Below are positions 1-13,144 of a stretch of 64,000 nt of DNA, one piece after another. The DNA comes from Octopus sinensis (taxonomy: Eukaryota), in contig NC_042998.1 of NCBI RefSeq assembly GCF_006345805.1, forward strand, positions 153,202,001-153,266,000, given 5' to 3'. The stretch's first letter is position 1; each line of letters opens with the position of its first letter. A program made the position numbers and the translations under genes. The notes beneath the pieces are model-generated. The model saw nothing but the letters and a program-made list of their open reading frames with translations, ran no database searches and was not told the DNA's origin.

Positions 1-646
1 TCTGGAACAGTATGATACTTCCGAGGATTGACTACTGTTCTCAGTTGTGGTCACCAACAACAAAGGGCCAACTATCTAAGATAGAATCGCTCCAAGAAAT
101 TTTACCTCATACTTCTCAGAAACGAGGGACCTGGACTATTGGCAAAGACTCAAAACCTTGAGGATGTACTCAATAGAAAGAAGATTTGAGCGATACCGAA
201 TTATATACATTTGGAAAATGATAGAGCAGAAGGTGCCAAACTTTGGTATCAAAACCTACCACTCACTGCGCCACGGAAGACGCTGCCAGCTGCCACCAAT
301 CAACAAAAAGGCTGGCCAGACAGCAAAAACCCTGCGAGAATCAAGTCTGTTGGTTCGAGGAGCACAACTGTTCAACTCCATTCCGGTACATGTCAGAAAT
401 CTATCAGGATGCAGTGTGGAATCATTCAAATTGCAACTGGATAGATACTTAAGCACCATTAGAGATGAACCCCATCTCCCAGGATATACACAACGAGCAC
501 AAACTGACTCAAACTCGCTCCTACACATGTCAAAATTAAGCAGAGAATACAACCTGGCAACCACACCAGACTCTGAGGGTGGAGTCTTCGACTTGGCCTG
601 AGCATGGACTCAAACCCAAATGAAATGAAAAATGAAATGAAATGAA
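1..646 (+). mobile_element. 3' end of a CR1/L2-group non-LTR retrotransposon with (TGAAA)n tail
   Basis: ORF 158-601 reads YSIERRFERYRIIYIWKMIEQKVPN...RGAQLFNSIP...FKLQLDRYL, a typical post-RT C-terminus of CR1/L2-group ORF2. A short-repeat tail (~618-646) abuts mariner sequence. Confidence 0.75.
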
Positions 647-1162
647 TTCATGTGGCACCCATTTCCCGAGTATTTTTGTTTTCCCACTGTCATTTAAGTG
701 GTTGGAAATTGTCATATGCATTACATCTAATTCAGAAGCAAGCTCTTAAACAGTTGTGTGTGAATTGGCTTCCACTAAGGCTCTTAGCGGAGTGTTGTCA
801 ACATCCAATGGCTGGCCACTACACTTACCATCATCAAGACTCTCGTCACCGCTACGAAATTTCTTGAACCACTAGTGGTTCCTGGGCCAAACACATCATT
901 GATATCGCGAGCTGTTTCAGCAGCTTTGCGGCCTAGCTTGAACTGGAATAAGTAAATTGTGTGAATTTGCTTTTTGTCCATTTTGTATTCAACATTCCGG
1001 AAAAAATGGTCTAATTATTCAAAAAGAAAAAGAATAACACGGTTAGAAAAACGGGCTTTAAACTGATGTATAAAGTCAAAGTAATTTAACGAAAATTAAT
1101 TTGAAAATACATAATTTAAAACCTAAATTAAAAATTCTGCAAGAACTTTCTTGACAACCTAA
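647..1162 (-). mobile_element. mariner 5' remnant (TIR plus transposase N-terminus), interrupted by the LINE
   Basis: Minus-strand MDKKQIHTIYLFQFKLGRKAAETARDINDVFG (HTH) and GKWVPHE (WVPHEL motif). TIR-like ttaggttgtcaagaaagttcttgcag at ~1135-1162. Confidence 0.8.
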
Positions 1163-1163
1163 A

Positions 1164-1200
<37 letters not shown>

Positions 1201-1268
1201 TCAGTGCCTGGAATCGAACTCGGAATCTTGGCGTTAGTAGCCCGCACTCTTAACCACTACGCCATATG
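1164..1268 (-). mobile_element. short tRNA-derived SINE with (AAT)n tail
   Basis: Minus strand shows A-box TGGCGTAGTGG and B-box GAGTTCGATTCC followed by (AAT)n. Confidence 0.7.
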
Positions 1269-3020
1269 TGGGCATATGGCGTAATGGTTAATATAAAGTT
1301 TAAAAGCTCCATCATATACTTCAGAAAATTTGTTAGATTAAATGTCTATTTTTCTGAGATGAGTTGATAAATTATAATTTTTTTGATTATAATAAACTCA
1401 TCTTTAGAAATGAAAAACAAAATAAAATTAACCTTATTTTGATTGGTTTCATTTCTTAGGTATTGTACTCTCAAATGTGTGCATAGTACCAATCTAGGTT
1501 AAAAATCAAAATCTTTATTTTAAATGAAAGCTGATTATGTTCTTATCCACTGGATGACTGATGCATGTATGATTAATGTCCCATTTTTGGGTTGTTAATA
1601 TTTATTTTTCAACAGAACAGGCATGTTTTGCTGATGTCTGCATTGAACTTACTGATTGTGCTATCAGTATGTAGTATGTGCTATTTGTGCTCTTCATCAC
1701 CATCATGTTGCCCTTGCTGGCATGGGTTTGATGGTTTAACCAGAGCTGGCAAGCTGCACCAGACTCCAGTTTGATTTGGTATGGTTTCTTCAGCTGGATG
1801 CCCATCCTAATGCCAGCTACTTTAAAGAGTGTACTGGATGCTTTTACGTGAAACCACATGAGCACTTTTATGCATTATTTTTTTACATCTGCCACAGAAA
1901 GCCCTACTTGACATGGGGTAGGTGGGGCTTTCTGTGGCAGTTTTATAGCTAACTGCCCTTCCTGATGCCAACCCTTTATAGCCATGTTAGAAAGTACAGG
2001 GATGTGTCATACCCTGTTCTAAAAACCAGGATACTTACAGTAATGTGCACTATATATGCTACTACTTGTATATTTCTAAGCTTCCCCCGTGGTTCATAGT
2101 CAGTTATGGAAATTTTATTCCAAAATGGTATAAGGTTCTTTTTCTTACACCCTATATCTTCTGTCATTCTTTACTTTGATGTTTCACCTATCATTATTAC
2201 TTTACAATAATCCTCATTCCTGCTCTTTATATTCTTTCCAATTTTTCTTTTAAAGATCTGTAAATGCATGAGATGTTATAGATGCAGTTCATATGCTCTA
2301 AACAGACTTGAGTAGGTTTACCTTTGGTGAAGTATCTGTGCAGTATGGTGTTAAATTTGAACACAGTTTTGCTGTTGTATATGTGTTTATTCTCTGAATT
2401 TTCTCAGACAAATCCTTGTAGTAACATACAGTTTCAGAGTAGATTGGTTGAGTATTTATTATTTACTTCATAGTAATTGTGAACCCTATATGATGGGCTT
2501 GGCATTTGTTAGGTGATTCATGATATATATGGCTAAATGACCCACCTTTCTACTAATTCTCATCTTTTCACTTTTGAGATTAGCAGCTCAAGTAATTTTT
2601 TTCCCTCAAGCACCTACCTTATAGAACTCTCTTTTTTGTTACTTTCCTGATAGATATGATCTTAATTCTTTTAAACATTGCATTGATCATTTTCTAGTTT
2701 TTAGGACAGCTCATTTGATTTTTGCTGGGTGGAGGTGCTTGTCTCCACTTTAAAAACATAAGGACACAGGAAATGTGTCAAGTCCAACAGGAAATGGTAT
2801 TTCCTAGGGCTAAATAACAGTAGCATTCTTCCCTTTCATGGGACTATCACATTAAGTTGACAACATACTATTGCTTTATCGTGCTGCTACTGCATATATC
2901 TCTGAGAGATTTAGAAATGTATTATTTCTAAACTAAACTATACCTCTAACATATTAACATATTGTCTAAACTACTTCTATTCTTAAAAGCCTATAATTGT
3001 TTTACTGGTTGATTTTACAG

Positions 3021-3104
3021 GACCTTGAATTAGCTGCTTCATACAAAATGAATGTTTCCAAAGTAGAGATTATATCAAAATTGGAAGAAATGAAGCATGT
3101 ATTG
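3021..3104 (+). CDS. MAP3K4: MAP3K4/MEKK4 orthologue, coding exon (DLELAASYKMNVSKVEIISKLEEMKHVL)
   Basis: ttttacag acceptor, gtaagt donor, 84 bp, phase 0/0. Resembles the DLEIAAEF.. segment of human MAP3K4 as I recall it. Confidence 0.85.
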
Positions 3105-3523
3105 GTAAGTATGATTTTAAAATGTATGAGAGTCATTTGAGAAAGTCAGAAGTATTAAATATTCAATTGTGCTTTTAGTGAAAAGGATTTAAGCTTTAAA
3201 CTGTAAACCAAATCATATCTTGTTATCTTACTGTTAGATCCTATTAGATGTTTGCAAATAATTTGTAAGAAAATTTATTTTGATAATACAAAGGTTCCAA
3301 GAGAGAGTTTATAACAGTCATATGTTTTTATTTGGATGCTATTGATGGATTGACAATGCCTACTCTGCAGCCAATTATTTCACATGAATAACTATTAAAA
3401 TAATGATTGACAATCAGTAATTTCTTAAGGAAACTGTAACTTTACATGAGTATCACACTTATCTTTTAATATATGCCTCACCATGTTATTGCTTAAATTT
3501 TAACTTGATTGTTTGTCTTCCAG

Positions 3524-3790
3524 GTGAGTGTTCCTCTCAGTTTAAGCTACCTGATATTTATTCCAGAAAGAATTCTGAAGAACCAGAAGCTAATTTTACA
3601 ACTTCTGAATGTAACATGTGGTAAAGAGGATTGTTATTCACATACTGATCCTACACATGATCAAGATATCAACAGAGGCTACTTGTTAATGCTGCAATGT
3701 GATAATGATGTGAACAAACAGTCGTGGAAAGGATCCACAGTACATGTAGATGCTACTGCACAAACAGCAATTGCTTTGTCTCATATTGCT
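3524..3790 (+). CDS. MAP3K4: MAP3K4 coding exon (VSVPLSLSYLIFIPERILKNQKLILQLLNVTCGKEDC...TAIALSHIA)
   Basis: ttccag acceptor, gtaagt donor, 267 bp open in frame. ILQLLN..GK matches MEKK4 ILQLLNAAAGKDC. Confidence 0.85.
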
Positions 3791-4024
3791 GTAAGTCTCT
3801 AAATATTCACTATTAAAATAAAATTTCTTAATAAAGCATGAATAAAATAAAAAATTTTGTTATCTTTACTAAAGTTTTTAGCACAAAGACTGATTACATT
3901 TGTTAATAATTTATTTCCTTTAGTATAAACTACAGAGTATATTTGTTCATTTTTTACTCTTAAAATTCATTCAATATGTAACTGTTGTTAGAAATATTTT
4001 GTAATATTGGTTTCAAATTTTGGC

Positions 4025-4226
4025 ACTAGACCAGCAATTTTGGGGGCATGGGGAAAATCAGTTACACTTACCTCCTTGTACTCAACTGGTACTTATTTTA
4101 TCGATCCTGAAAGGATGAATGGTACAGTCAACTTTGGCTAAATTTGAACTCAGAACGTAAAGACAGATGATATACTGCTAAGCATTTTGCCTGGTGTGCT
4201 CCACAATTCTTTCAGCTCACCGCCTT
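4025..4226 (-). mobile_element. tRNA-derived SINE, family B (GGCGGYGAGCTG head)
   Basis: Homologous to 11528-11712 and 38627-38736; B-box-like GAGTTCAAAT. Confidence 0.75.
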
Positions 4227-5107
4227 AATGTCTTGGAATATTGAATGAGCATTAGTATATATCTGGAATATTGGATATTTACTGAACCTGCTTAAACTCA
4301 GCTTTTCTCCAAAGATTCTTGTTGACAAACTTTGAGAGATCTGGAGTATTTTGTGAGAGTAATAGATTGTCTTTATTTTCATAGCATTATGCACTTAAGA
4401 GGCATTTCCCAAATAATTGAGGAATTCCAGCTTGTTGAAAATGTCCTTAGAAGGATTTTAACTGACCCTAGCAAACTAAGAAATTCTAATAACTGACTTT
4501 TGCTAGAAGCACAGTGCACTGTAGATAACTAATTATGAAAAATATTTAATCCAGCTATGATGTTGCATGGACACTTTTATATGATACTATAATTTTTACT
4601 TATGAAGCAACTATGGAGAATTTTGCTCATGCACGTTTTCCTTTTTTATCTACTCTAGAAGTTAAAATGACTTAGTTTACATTCTTATTTCCCCTGTTGT
4701 GAATGGATTTAGTTGATGGAAACTGAAAGAAACCTGTCATATATATGTGCATGTGTGTGCATACTTTTTATAGTCCACTTGCCTTGATATTGTGTGATAG
4801 TTGTATACAAGCATCACTGCCATACAAGCAGTATTCTTCATTTCTAATTCTCCATTTAAACATATCAGGCCATGGGAAAATATTACTTTACTTGGAAACA
4901 GGTGAGGGTTGGCAACAGGAAGGTCATCCAGTGGTAGAAAATCTACTGCTAAGAATTCTGTCCAGTCCATGCAAGCTAGGAAAAGAAAGAACAGTGGACA
5001 TTAAAACATGATTATGAAGGAAAATATTTTTGAACATATTTTTCTCAATTGAAAATATTTTATATAGATACTTCTTTATAACCAACTGTTTAATTTTTCA
5101 TTGTTAG

Positions 5108-5257
5108 GTAGACAGTCTTATGTTGGTTGTGACTCATTCATCTGTACTGTATGCAATACAAGAAGAATTTTCTAAGCTGATGGATACAACTGTTGAAGTG
5201 TTTCAGGAGCAAATTTCCTGTCATCAAGCCATCTCTGAATCTCTAGCTGAACTTAAG
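5108..5257 (+). CDS. MAP3K4: MAP3K4 coding exon (VDSLMLVVTHSS...EQISCHQAISESLAELK)
   Basis: ttgttag acceptor, gtaaga donor, 150 bp. Aligns with MEKK4 VDNLLLVV...EQTSSQPVIAKALQQLK. Confidence 0.9.
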
Positions 5258-5709
5258 GTAAGAAAAATGTCTGTGAATTATGTAAAACTGAGTGTGACTG
5301 CTTTTATTTTGCTCCAATGTCATATACTTGAATTGTTTGATACCTTATTTTTGTGGTATACATGCAATTAGAACTTTTCCTCTACAATTATCACTGCTGT
5401 TACCACTGCAACCAGTACCATGTTATAAAGTGTTCATCTGCTGAAAGAGTTACATATATAAAGATTTACTATTTTCCTACAAAATATAAACAATCTTTTT
5501 AGGAAGCACAATCTTTAAGAGAATATTGATTTTATTTCTGGAGATAGCAACTTTTAGCATATGATGTGAAAATATTTACCTTGATATTAGATTACAAACA
5601 TGTAATTGAAAACTAACTAAATTTGAATTTGAGAAAGTTTAAAGGAAATGCACAAGTGTTGTTTTCAAAGAAAGATATGAATATCAGGTTGAGTTTTGAT
5701 TTAAAATAC

Positions 5710-8700
5710 TCACAATGCTTGTGAGATAGCTCCACCACTTTATCTGTTACTGGCTGTGACTTGCTTACTCCAAGTATTAGCCTGTTTTTTTTTATTGCAG
5801 CTGCAAGAAATTCGTATCAAGATCTAAATAAGTCTTCTGAACTTATGAATCTCACTTTTCAACCAAGCAATCTCATTCAACAAAGCACTTCATAACTTTT
5901 CATGTCCTCATCATTTAGTGCCAGATAAACTTAAGGTGGCAAGAGTGGTATTTGACCACATGCTCCAGCTAGGGCTTATACACCCCTCCACCAGCCCTTG
6001 GTCATCACCGCTCCATCTTGTCCCTAAGGGATTTGCGGGTTTTAGACCTCTGACAATTTAATTCCGTTACAGTTTTGGACAGGTATCCAATACCTCACCT
6101 ACACAATTTCTTTTCATCTTTGCACAGCTGCACTGTACTTTCTAAGATAGACCTCATTAGAGCTTGCTATCAAATTCCTGTGAATCCAGATGATATTCCT
6201 AAGACAGCCATCATCATTCCTTTCGGTTCATTTGAATTTCTGTCCATGCCTTTTTGATTCAGGAATGCTGTAAGCACATTTCAGAGGTTTATTGACAAAG
6301 TTGTTCATGGTTTGCATTTCTTCTTTGTTTATATCAAATATCTGTTTATTGTAAGTGTTGTAAGAACACATCCAACACTTAACACTGCTATTTTAACATC
6401 TATTTACGTAACAAATGAAGATAAACCCCACCATGTACGTTTTTGGTTCCGCCTCTTTGGAATTTTTGGGACATCTCATAGACAGCGATGGAATTTGTCT
6501 TCTTCCCAAGAAAATTGAAACAGTACAGTGCTTAGCTCCTCCTACTTCTCTTCACCAGGTATGCCAATTCACCAGGTATGCAAAAGAGTAAAAAAATAAT
6601 GAAATTATTTCCCTTCCACCATCACAACTACAGGCTTTTGAGGAAATGAAAGATGAGCTAGGACAGATTTCTTTGTTAGCCTTTTCAATACAGAATGCTC
6701 AGCTGAGAATCTCACTCAATGCATCTGATTCTGCTGCAGGTGCCGTTCTACAACAATCCTATCACAAGATGCAACTTTGGCATTCTTTTCTCACCAACTT
6801 AAACTTGTTGAAACTCATTACAGCACCTTTAGCAAAGAACTTCTAGCTATGTACCTAGCTGTTAAATATTTTTCTCACTCTTTAGAGGGTCATGAATTTA
6901 CCATATTCACTGACCACAAGCCACTCACGTTCATTTTGCTATTGAGGACCAACAAATATTCTCCTCGAGAAAGTTGACAGTTGGATTTCATATCGCAGTT
7001 TACTTGTGATATTTCACATGTAACTGGAATAAATAACTCAGCCACAGATGCTTTATCCAGACTTCCTATTTGTTTTCTATCTTCCACCTCAGAGATAGAT
7101 TTGTCCACTTTGGCTGCTGACCAGCCTGCTTTGACCTCATTGGATACTACATCTGACAAATTTTCTACTTGTCAATTCAAATACATACCACTCCCAACTG
7201 CTGTGAAGGCAGTCCTGTGTGATGTTTCTACTGGAGACCCATGACCATTGGTTGCTGAGCATCACCAGAAACATGTTTTGAATGCTTTGCACTTGCTCTC
7301 TCATCTCTGTATCAGTAAAGCTAATTTTGGCTCAATTCTTCTGGCTGAATATGCTTTGGCATATTACTGTATGGTCTCAGAATTGTTAGCAGTGTCAGCA
7401 TTCAAAGGTACGTAGACACGTTTGAGCACCACTTGAAGATGCCCATTTTCAACAAGTCCATATCGACCTAGTTGGTCCTTGGCCTGTCAGTAATGGATTC
7501 ACTTACATCCTCACAAGTACAGACTGTTTTACATGCTGGCTGGAGGCTGTTCCTTTACACAATATAGCAGCAGAGTCTGTTGCTCAAGCTCTCATAGCCA
7601 CTTGGATTTCTCATTTCAGTGTTTCCTTACAGATCACTACTGATCGTGGCAGACAGTTTTGAGTTGCAGCTGTTTGCAGAACTGTCAAAGTTGTTGGGTG
7701 TTAAGCACATCTGCATCACCAGCTACCACCCTGGCATCTAATGGGATGGTAGAATGATTTCATCATCATCGTTTAACGTCCGCTTTCCATGCTAGCATGG
7801 GTTGGATGATTTTGACTGAGGGCTGGCGAACCAGATGGCTGCGCCAGGCTCCAATCTTGATCTAGAAGAGTTTCTATAGCTTGATTACCTTCCTAACGCC
7901 AACCACTCCACGAGTGTAGTGGGTGCTTTTTACGTGCCACCTGCACAGAAGCCAGTCAGGTGGTACTGGCAATGACCTCGCTCGAATCTTTTTACACATG
8001 CCACCGGCACAGGTGCCAGTAAGGCGACGCTGGTAATGATCATGCACGAATGGTGCCCTCTGACAACAATCACGCTCAGATGGTGTTCTTGGCACCCTAC
8101 TAGCACGGGCACAAGTGCTAGTATGGTGACGCTGGTAACAATCACACGCAAATGGTGCTTTTTATGTGCCACTGGCATGGAAGCCAGTTAGCTGCTCTGT
8201 CAGCGATCACACTCGTATGGTGATCTTTGCACCCCGCTAGCATGGATGCCAGTCATCGAATTTGATTTTAATTTTGATTTGATTTCACTTGCCTCAACAG
8301 GTCTTCACAAGCAGAGTTTAGTGTCCAAAGAAGGAAAAGGTATGCATAAGCAGGCTGGTGACGCTCCTGGCATAGGCCATGGGTTATGGTCTTATTTGGC
8401 TTGCCGGGTCTTCTCAAACACAGCATATTTCCAAAAGTCTCGGTCAATAGTCATTTCCTTGGTGAGGCCTAAAGTTCGAAGGTCATGCTTCACCACTTCA
8501 TCCCAGGTCTTCCTGGGTTTACCTCTTCCACAGGTTCCCTCAACCGCTAGGGTGTGGCACTTTTTCACACAGCTATCCTCATCCATTCTCTCCACATGAC
8601 CATACCAGTGCAGTCATCTCTCTTGCACCCCACATCTGATGCTTCTTAGGTCCAACATTTCTTTCAAGGTACTTACACTCTGTCAAGTATGCACACTGAC

Positions 8701-9400
8701 ATTACACATCCATTGGATCATACTGGCTTCATTCCTTGTGAGCTTATGCATGTCCTCAGCAGTCACAGCCCATGTTTCACTGCCATGTAGCAGTCAACTT
8801 AAAAAACTGCACTGCAATCCAGATCCTCACCACTGGAGTGAGTGCCTTCCTGTTTTTTTTTTTTGGGTTGTATATTCTCTGTTAAAGAAGATCTCAGTTT
8901 TACACGTGCAGAACTACTTTACACTGTGCCTTTGTCACTCCTGGGTCAAATGTTTATTCCTGTGGATTTAGCTGCTCAAGATCCTACTGCATACGTATAC
9001 CGCTTACATTCCTATTTTGCTGATCTACTGCATATGTCTTCTTGATGACAGTCATACCTTCTTTTGTTCCACAAAACATTTCCTCATGGACTCAATTATT
9101 TTGAGGGACGATTCTGTGAGAGGACCACTCACACATCTGTATAAAGGACAGTATCATGTCCTAGCAAAGACTGACAAACTTTTTACCATAGATATTAATG
9201 GCAAAAAAGAAACAGTATCTGTTGACAGGATGAAGCGTACTTTTGCTGAAGCCCTCACTCCAGAATCAAACGTACCCCTCCATTTTACACCATAAAATAC
9301 TGCAGACATCATACCTACACCTTCATCAGTACCAACAATGCAGTCATCTACCCCTTCATCTTCTCATACCACCACCACACGCAGTGGCCACAAAGTCCAC
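5710..9400 (+). mobile_element. degraded Ty3/Gypsy (CsRn1-like) pol remnant, RT-RNaseH-IN, split by an RTE insertion at 7760-8790
   Basis: DRYPIPHL..KIDLIRACYQIP..KTAIIIPFG..MPF (RT); ASDSAAGAVLQQ, YSTFSKELLA, TDHKPL (RNase H); integrase resumes at ~8791 and includes the GPY/F-like YKGQYHV. Many stops and frameshifts. Confidence 0.85.
7760..8790 (-). mobile_element. 5'-truncated RTE-clade LINE with (GAT)n tail, nested in the Gypsy integrase
   Basis: ORF 8392-8595: VEGTCGRGKPRKTWDEVVKHDL (RTE C-terminus). Same 3' UTR and tail as 61823-62912. Confidence 0.8.
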
Positions 9401-9752
9401 TGGCCTAACAAACTGTGCAAAATATTTAAAAACATTTCTATTACTGCCTGTTTTTTTATCATGCATTTTTCAATGTATTTTCATGTGATATTTATTTTGT
9501 GTCTAAAGCATGCATTGCTATGCTTTACTATTTATATGCAAATATCCTACATTCTTTTTTTTACACCTTGTTTGAATTTTCACATGTTTTATTTTCTTGT
9601 AAGATGCTGTATTTTTTATTGATCTACATAATTCTGCATACATTCTAATAAGCATACTAGCATGTTCAACCCTTTTGTCTTACCATTTTTACTGGCAGTT
9701 CTCTCCTATTATCGCAAATTTGTGTCACACAAATGTTCTGGATGGGGAGTTC

Positions 9753-10232
9753 TGCAGCAGAATGGATTGACAAAAGCACAAATAACAAACTATCCTCTCT
9801 TCCTTATTTTATTGTTTGGACGTAGCAGAGCACACTTAGCTATAAAGATCATGCTTTAACCATTTGCTCTGATTAGTTAGTTTTTAGGTGCAATTTGTCC
9901 CCTAAACAATTACACCAAGTTACCCAATCAACCAATCAGATGCGCTCGAATGGATCATGTGTTCTCTTGGTGGAAAAACCTTTCACATCTCTATGGAGCC
10001 TAGCAATTTCCTTAAATAGATAAGTTTTTCTTTGCTTAGGGAATCTAGCTTGTGTTTGCACCAGGAAGTTATTTGCTCACTTTCTCCATGTTATGACACA
10101 AAGAAATTCATCGCTGCCAACACCGTCAATATCACTGCTACCAGCTCATACTGCACCTAATGCCGACTGCATCATAATTCACCCTCATGTATGTAAATAC
10201 ATTTAGTGGATATGACTGTTTAGTGTTCCCAC
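9753..10232 (+). mobile_element. possible 3' LTR of the CsRn1-like remnant
   Basis: PPT-like ggatggggag precedes tgcagcag, downstream of the integrase end. No partner LTR found; the end coordinate is approximate. Confidence 0.3.
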
Positions 10233-10770
10233 TGAAACCTTAATTACCTTATACAATGTTTAATGTCATTTTATGCTCATGTTGACTTATGGAGCAATCT
10301 TATGTTCCCTTCATAGAACACTTGTAATATCTGTATTACCAGTTCTTTTGGTGTAGTAGATTTTTACTATTCTTGTTTATGTCTCCTCACAGACATATAA
10401 TTTTCACTGAAACATGGTTTAAAGATAATCAAACATTATGTGGCATATGTGATTATGCATATGAAAAACCACAGAGTAATTCTGAAACAGTAAAAAGTGG
10501 ATCAATAAGGATTCACAATTCACTAATGAATTCACTATTCACTCATGAATTCACAATTCAACTTTCATTAAGGAGCAGTATGACATAAACGTATTTGATT
10601 CTTACAAATATATCTTCAAAGAGCTCATAGTACTTGCCATTGCAGTAGAATCTATTTAGGAATCACCAAAAATCTAAAAAAAAAATGTACATTCTTCAGA
10701 AATTTTTATGCTCCACTAATTCATATTTCAACAGTGGAGAAATTGCTTTAACCATCTATTGCTCTTCCTT

Positions 10771-11396
10771 CACATTCTTATGAAACTACTCACCTCTCCT
10801 TTTCTCCCTACCTAATCCATTGACTATATCCTCTCTTATACCCACTTACCTTGAAAGTTTGCTTTGGCACATCACTATCATTTTCCTTCGTTATCTTCAT
10901 CTTCCAAATAACTACTACTTGCCCTTATCTCCTCTATAGAAAGACACCCGTTCTTGTTCTTCTATCATAGCCTTTCAGCATCTGGCATATAGCTACTTCC
11001 CACTTCCTAATCACACATGCACACACTTAGTCACAGTCAAGGGTGGAGTCTTTTTTCTTACCTGTTCTTTTCTGTCTTGCAACTTATTTGGCCACCTTAC
11101 AGGTGCTGGTGGCATGGAAAAAAGTACCCAGTACACATTATAAGGTGGTTAGCAAAGCTGAATCTAGAGTTTGGCACAGCACTGCAGATTGCTGGATCCT
11201 GTCATATTGTTCAACTCATGCCAGCTCAGAAAATGGATGTTAAATGATGGTGATGGTGGTGGTGGTGGCAGCAGAGGCAGTGGAAAAAAAAAAACCAATC
11301 ATGATGTTGAAAATTATACTGCACAGAAGGGTGGATTTCATGTAGATTAAATGAAAGACAATAGACAAAAGCATTAAAGCATCAGGCAAAAGGTCT
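10771..11396. repeat. direct repeat, copy 1 (partner 12481-13144)
   Basis: Colinear from cacattcttatgaaactact to gcattaaagcatcaggcaaaaggtct in both copies. Confidence 0.9.
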
Positions 11397-11527
11397 GAAC
11401 ATAGATGCAATTAAAATAAATGATTTATTGGAAGGTAGAGTTATTTTGAACATAATGAACATAAATTCTCCAACTTGAATAAGAAACCCACAGGAAGGCA
11501 GCAATTGATAATATATTTGTTTCTACT

Positions 11528-11712
11528 CTAGGCACAAGGCCTGAAATTTTGGGGGATGATGGCCAGTATGCAACTGGTACTTAATTTATCGACCCCGAAA
11601 GGATGTAAAGCAAAGTTGACCGTGGTAGAATTTGAACTCAGAACGTAAAGACAGATGAAATACTGCAACGCATTTTGCCTGGTGTGCTAGAGTTTCTGCC
11701 AGCTTGCCGCCT
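11528..11712 (-). mobile_element. tRNA-derived SINE, family B
   Basis: Homologous to 4025-4226. Confidence 0.75.
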
Positions 11713-12480
11713 TGCAATTGATGATACATTGACAAATACATGGAACATATAGATTTCTCTCTGAAACACATTTCCAATATTTCAGTTCATTTACATTTAC
11801 TGACTATACTGTATGAAATACTATACTGAGGGCATTAAATGAAACTACCCTAATAAAGCTAAAAATATAATTGATTTACATGATGCCTTTAAAGAATTTA
11901 AGACTACAATGATGGCCTGTTGTCATTTATTAAATATCATCTATTTTTATTCAAACCAATATGTGCATTGGTTGTAAACTCTATAATAAAATCTGTCAAT
12001 AAAAGCTTCCAGCTTAGACAGAAAATAACTGTAGCAGTAAAAGTAAAACTGACACCATTAACTTTCATTTTCAACTTAGTGATGAAATCTAGTATTTCCC
12101 CATATCATTTAATGAAAGATGAAACAGTTCCAGTATACAAGACCATGAACCTTCCATCTCTTATTCTCAACATTCCTTCCTTTCTCTCACTTCTCTCACT
12201 GAAAACTTTTCTGTTCCTTCAGATAGCTCTCCTCTATGTTATCACTTCACTTGCCTGCCATCATTCTCAACATACTATCATCTTCACTCACTGTACACAT
12301 CCTTATCTACACTCACATATCCCTCTCCACCTTACACATCATCTCACTACCTTATTATCTATCCTCCTCCATGTGCCACTGCTAGGTCTCATTTTACTTC
12401 CTTTTTACATTAATATTTCCCCTCAACCACACCTTCATTCTTGTATATCTGCCACCCCCACCTCTCTTACCATCTCCCCT

Positions 12481-13144
12481 CACATTCTTATGAAACTACT
12501 TACCTTTCCTTTTCTCCCTACCTAATCCACTGACTATATCCTCTCTTATACCCACTTACCTTGAAAGTGTGCCTTGGCATAACATCACTATCATTTTTCT
12601 TTATCTTCATCCTCCAAATAACTACTACTTGCCCTTACAATGTGTGGTAACCATGTATCTCCTCTATAGAAAGACACCTGTTCTTGTTCCTCTATCATAG
12701 CCTCTCAGCAGCTGGCATATAGCCTCTTCCCACGTCCTACCCCCCCCCACACACAATCAGTCACAATCTGGCGGGGGGGGGGTCTTTTTTCTTATCTGTT
12801 CTTTTCTGTCTTGCAACTTATTTGGCCACTTCACAGGTGTTGGAGGCATGGAAAAAAGTACCCAGTACACATTGTAAAGTGGTTAGCATTAGGAAGAGCA
12901 AAGCTGACTCTAGAGTTTGGCATAGCACTGCAGATTGCTGGATCCTGTCATATTGTTCAACTCGTGCCAGCTTAGAAATTGGACATTAAATGGTGGTGGC
13001 AGTGGTGGCAGTAGTGGCAAAGAAACATCAAGTTGAAAATTATACTGCATGTATTTTCAAAAGAAAAAGGAAGGGTGGTTTTCATGTAGGCTAGATGAAA
13101 GACAACAAATAAACAAAAGCATTAAAGCATCAGGCAAAAGGTCT
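12481..13144. repeat. direct repeat, copy 2 (partner 10771-11396)
   Basis: Same colinear anchors as copy 1, with small indels. Confidence 0.9.

Noticed and set aside
1616-1666. Possible upstream MAP3K4 exon (EQACFADVCIELTDCAI) with AG/GT ends
   Set aside because: No convincing similarity to the expected ..ERASKALGFAKMLRK segment, and its phase-1 end cannot join the phase-0 exon at 3021 without another exon I could not find.
5801-5827. Strong acceptor followed by in-frame LQEIRIKI-stop (alternative terminal exon)
   Set aside because: It lies in the Gypsy PR-RT linker remnant, and homology continues correctly from 5257 to 15927. It remains at most a cryptic site.
11920-12525. 201-aa ORF
   Set aside because: Low-complexity H/L/P/S product of C/T-rich DNA with an alternative start and no domain motif.
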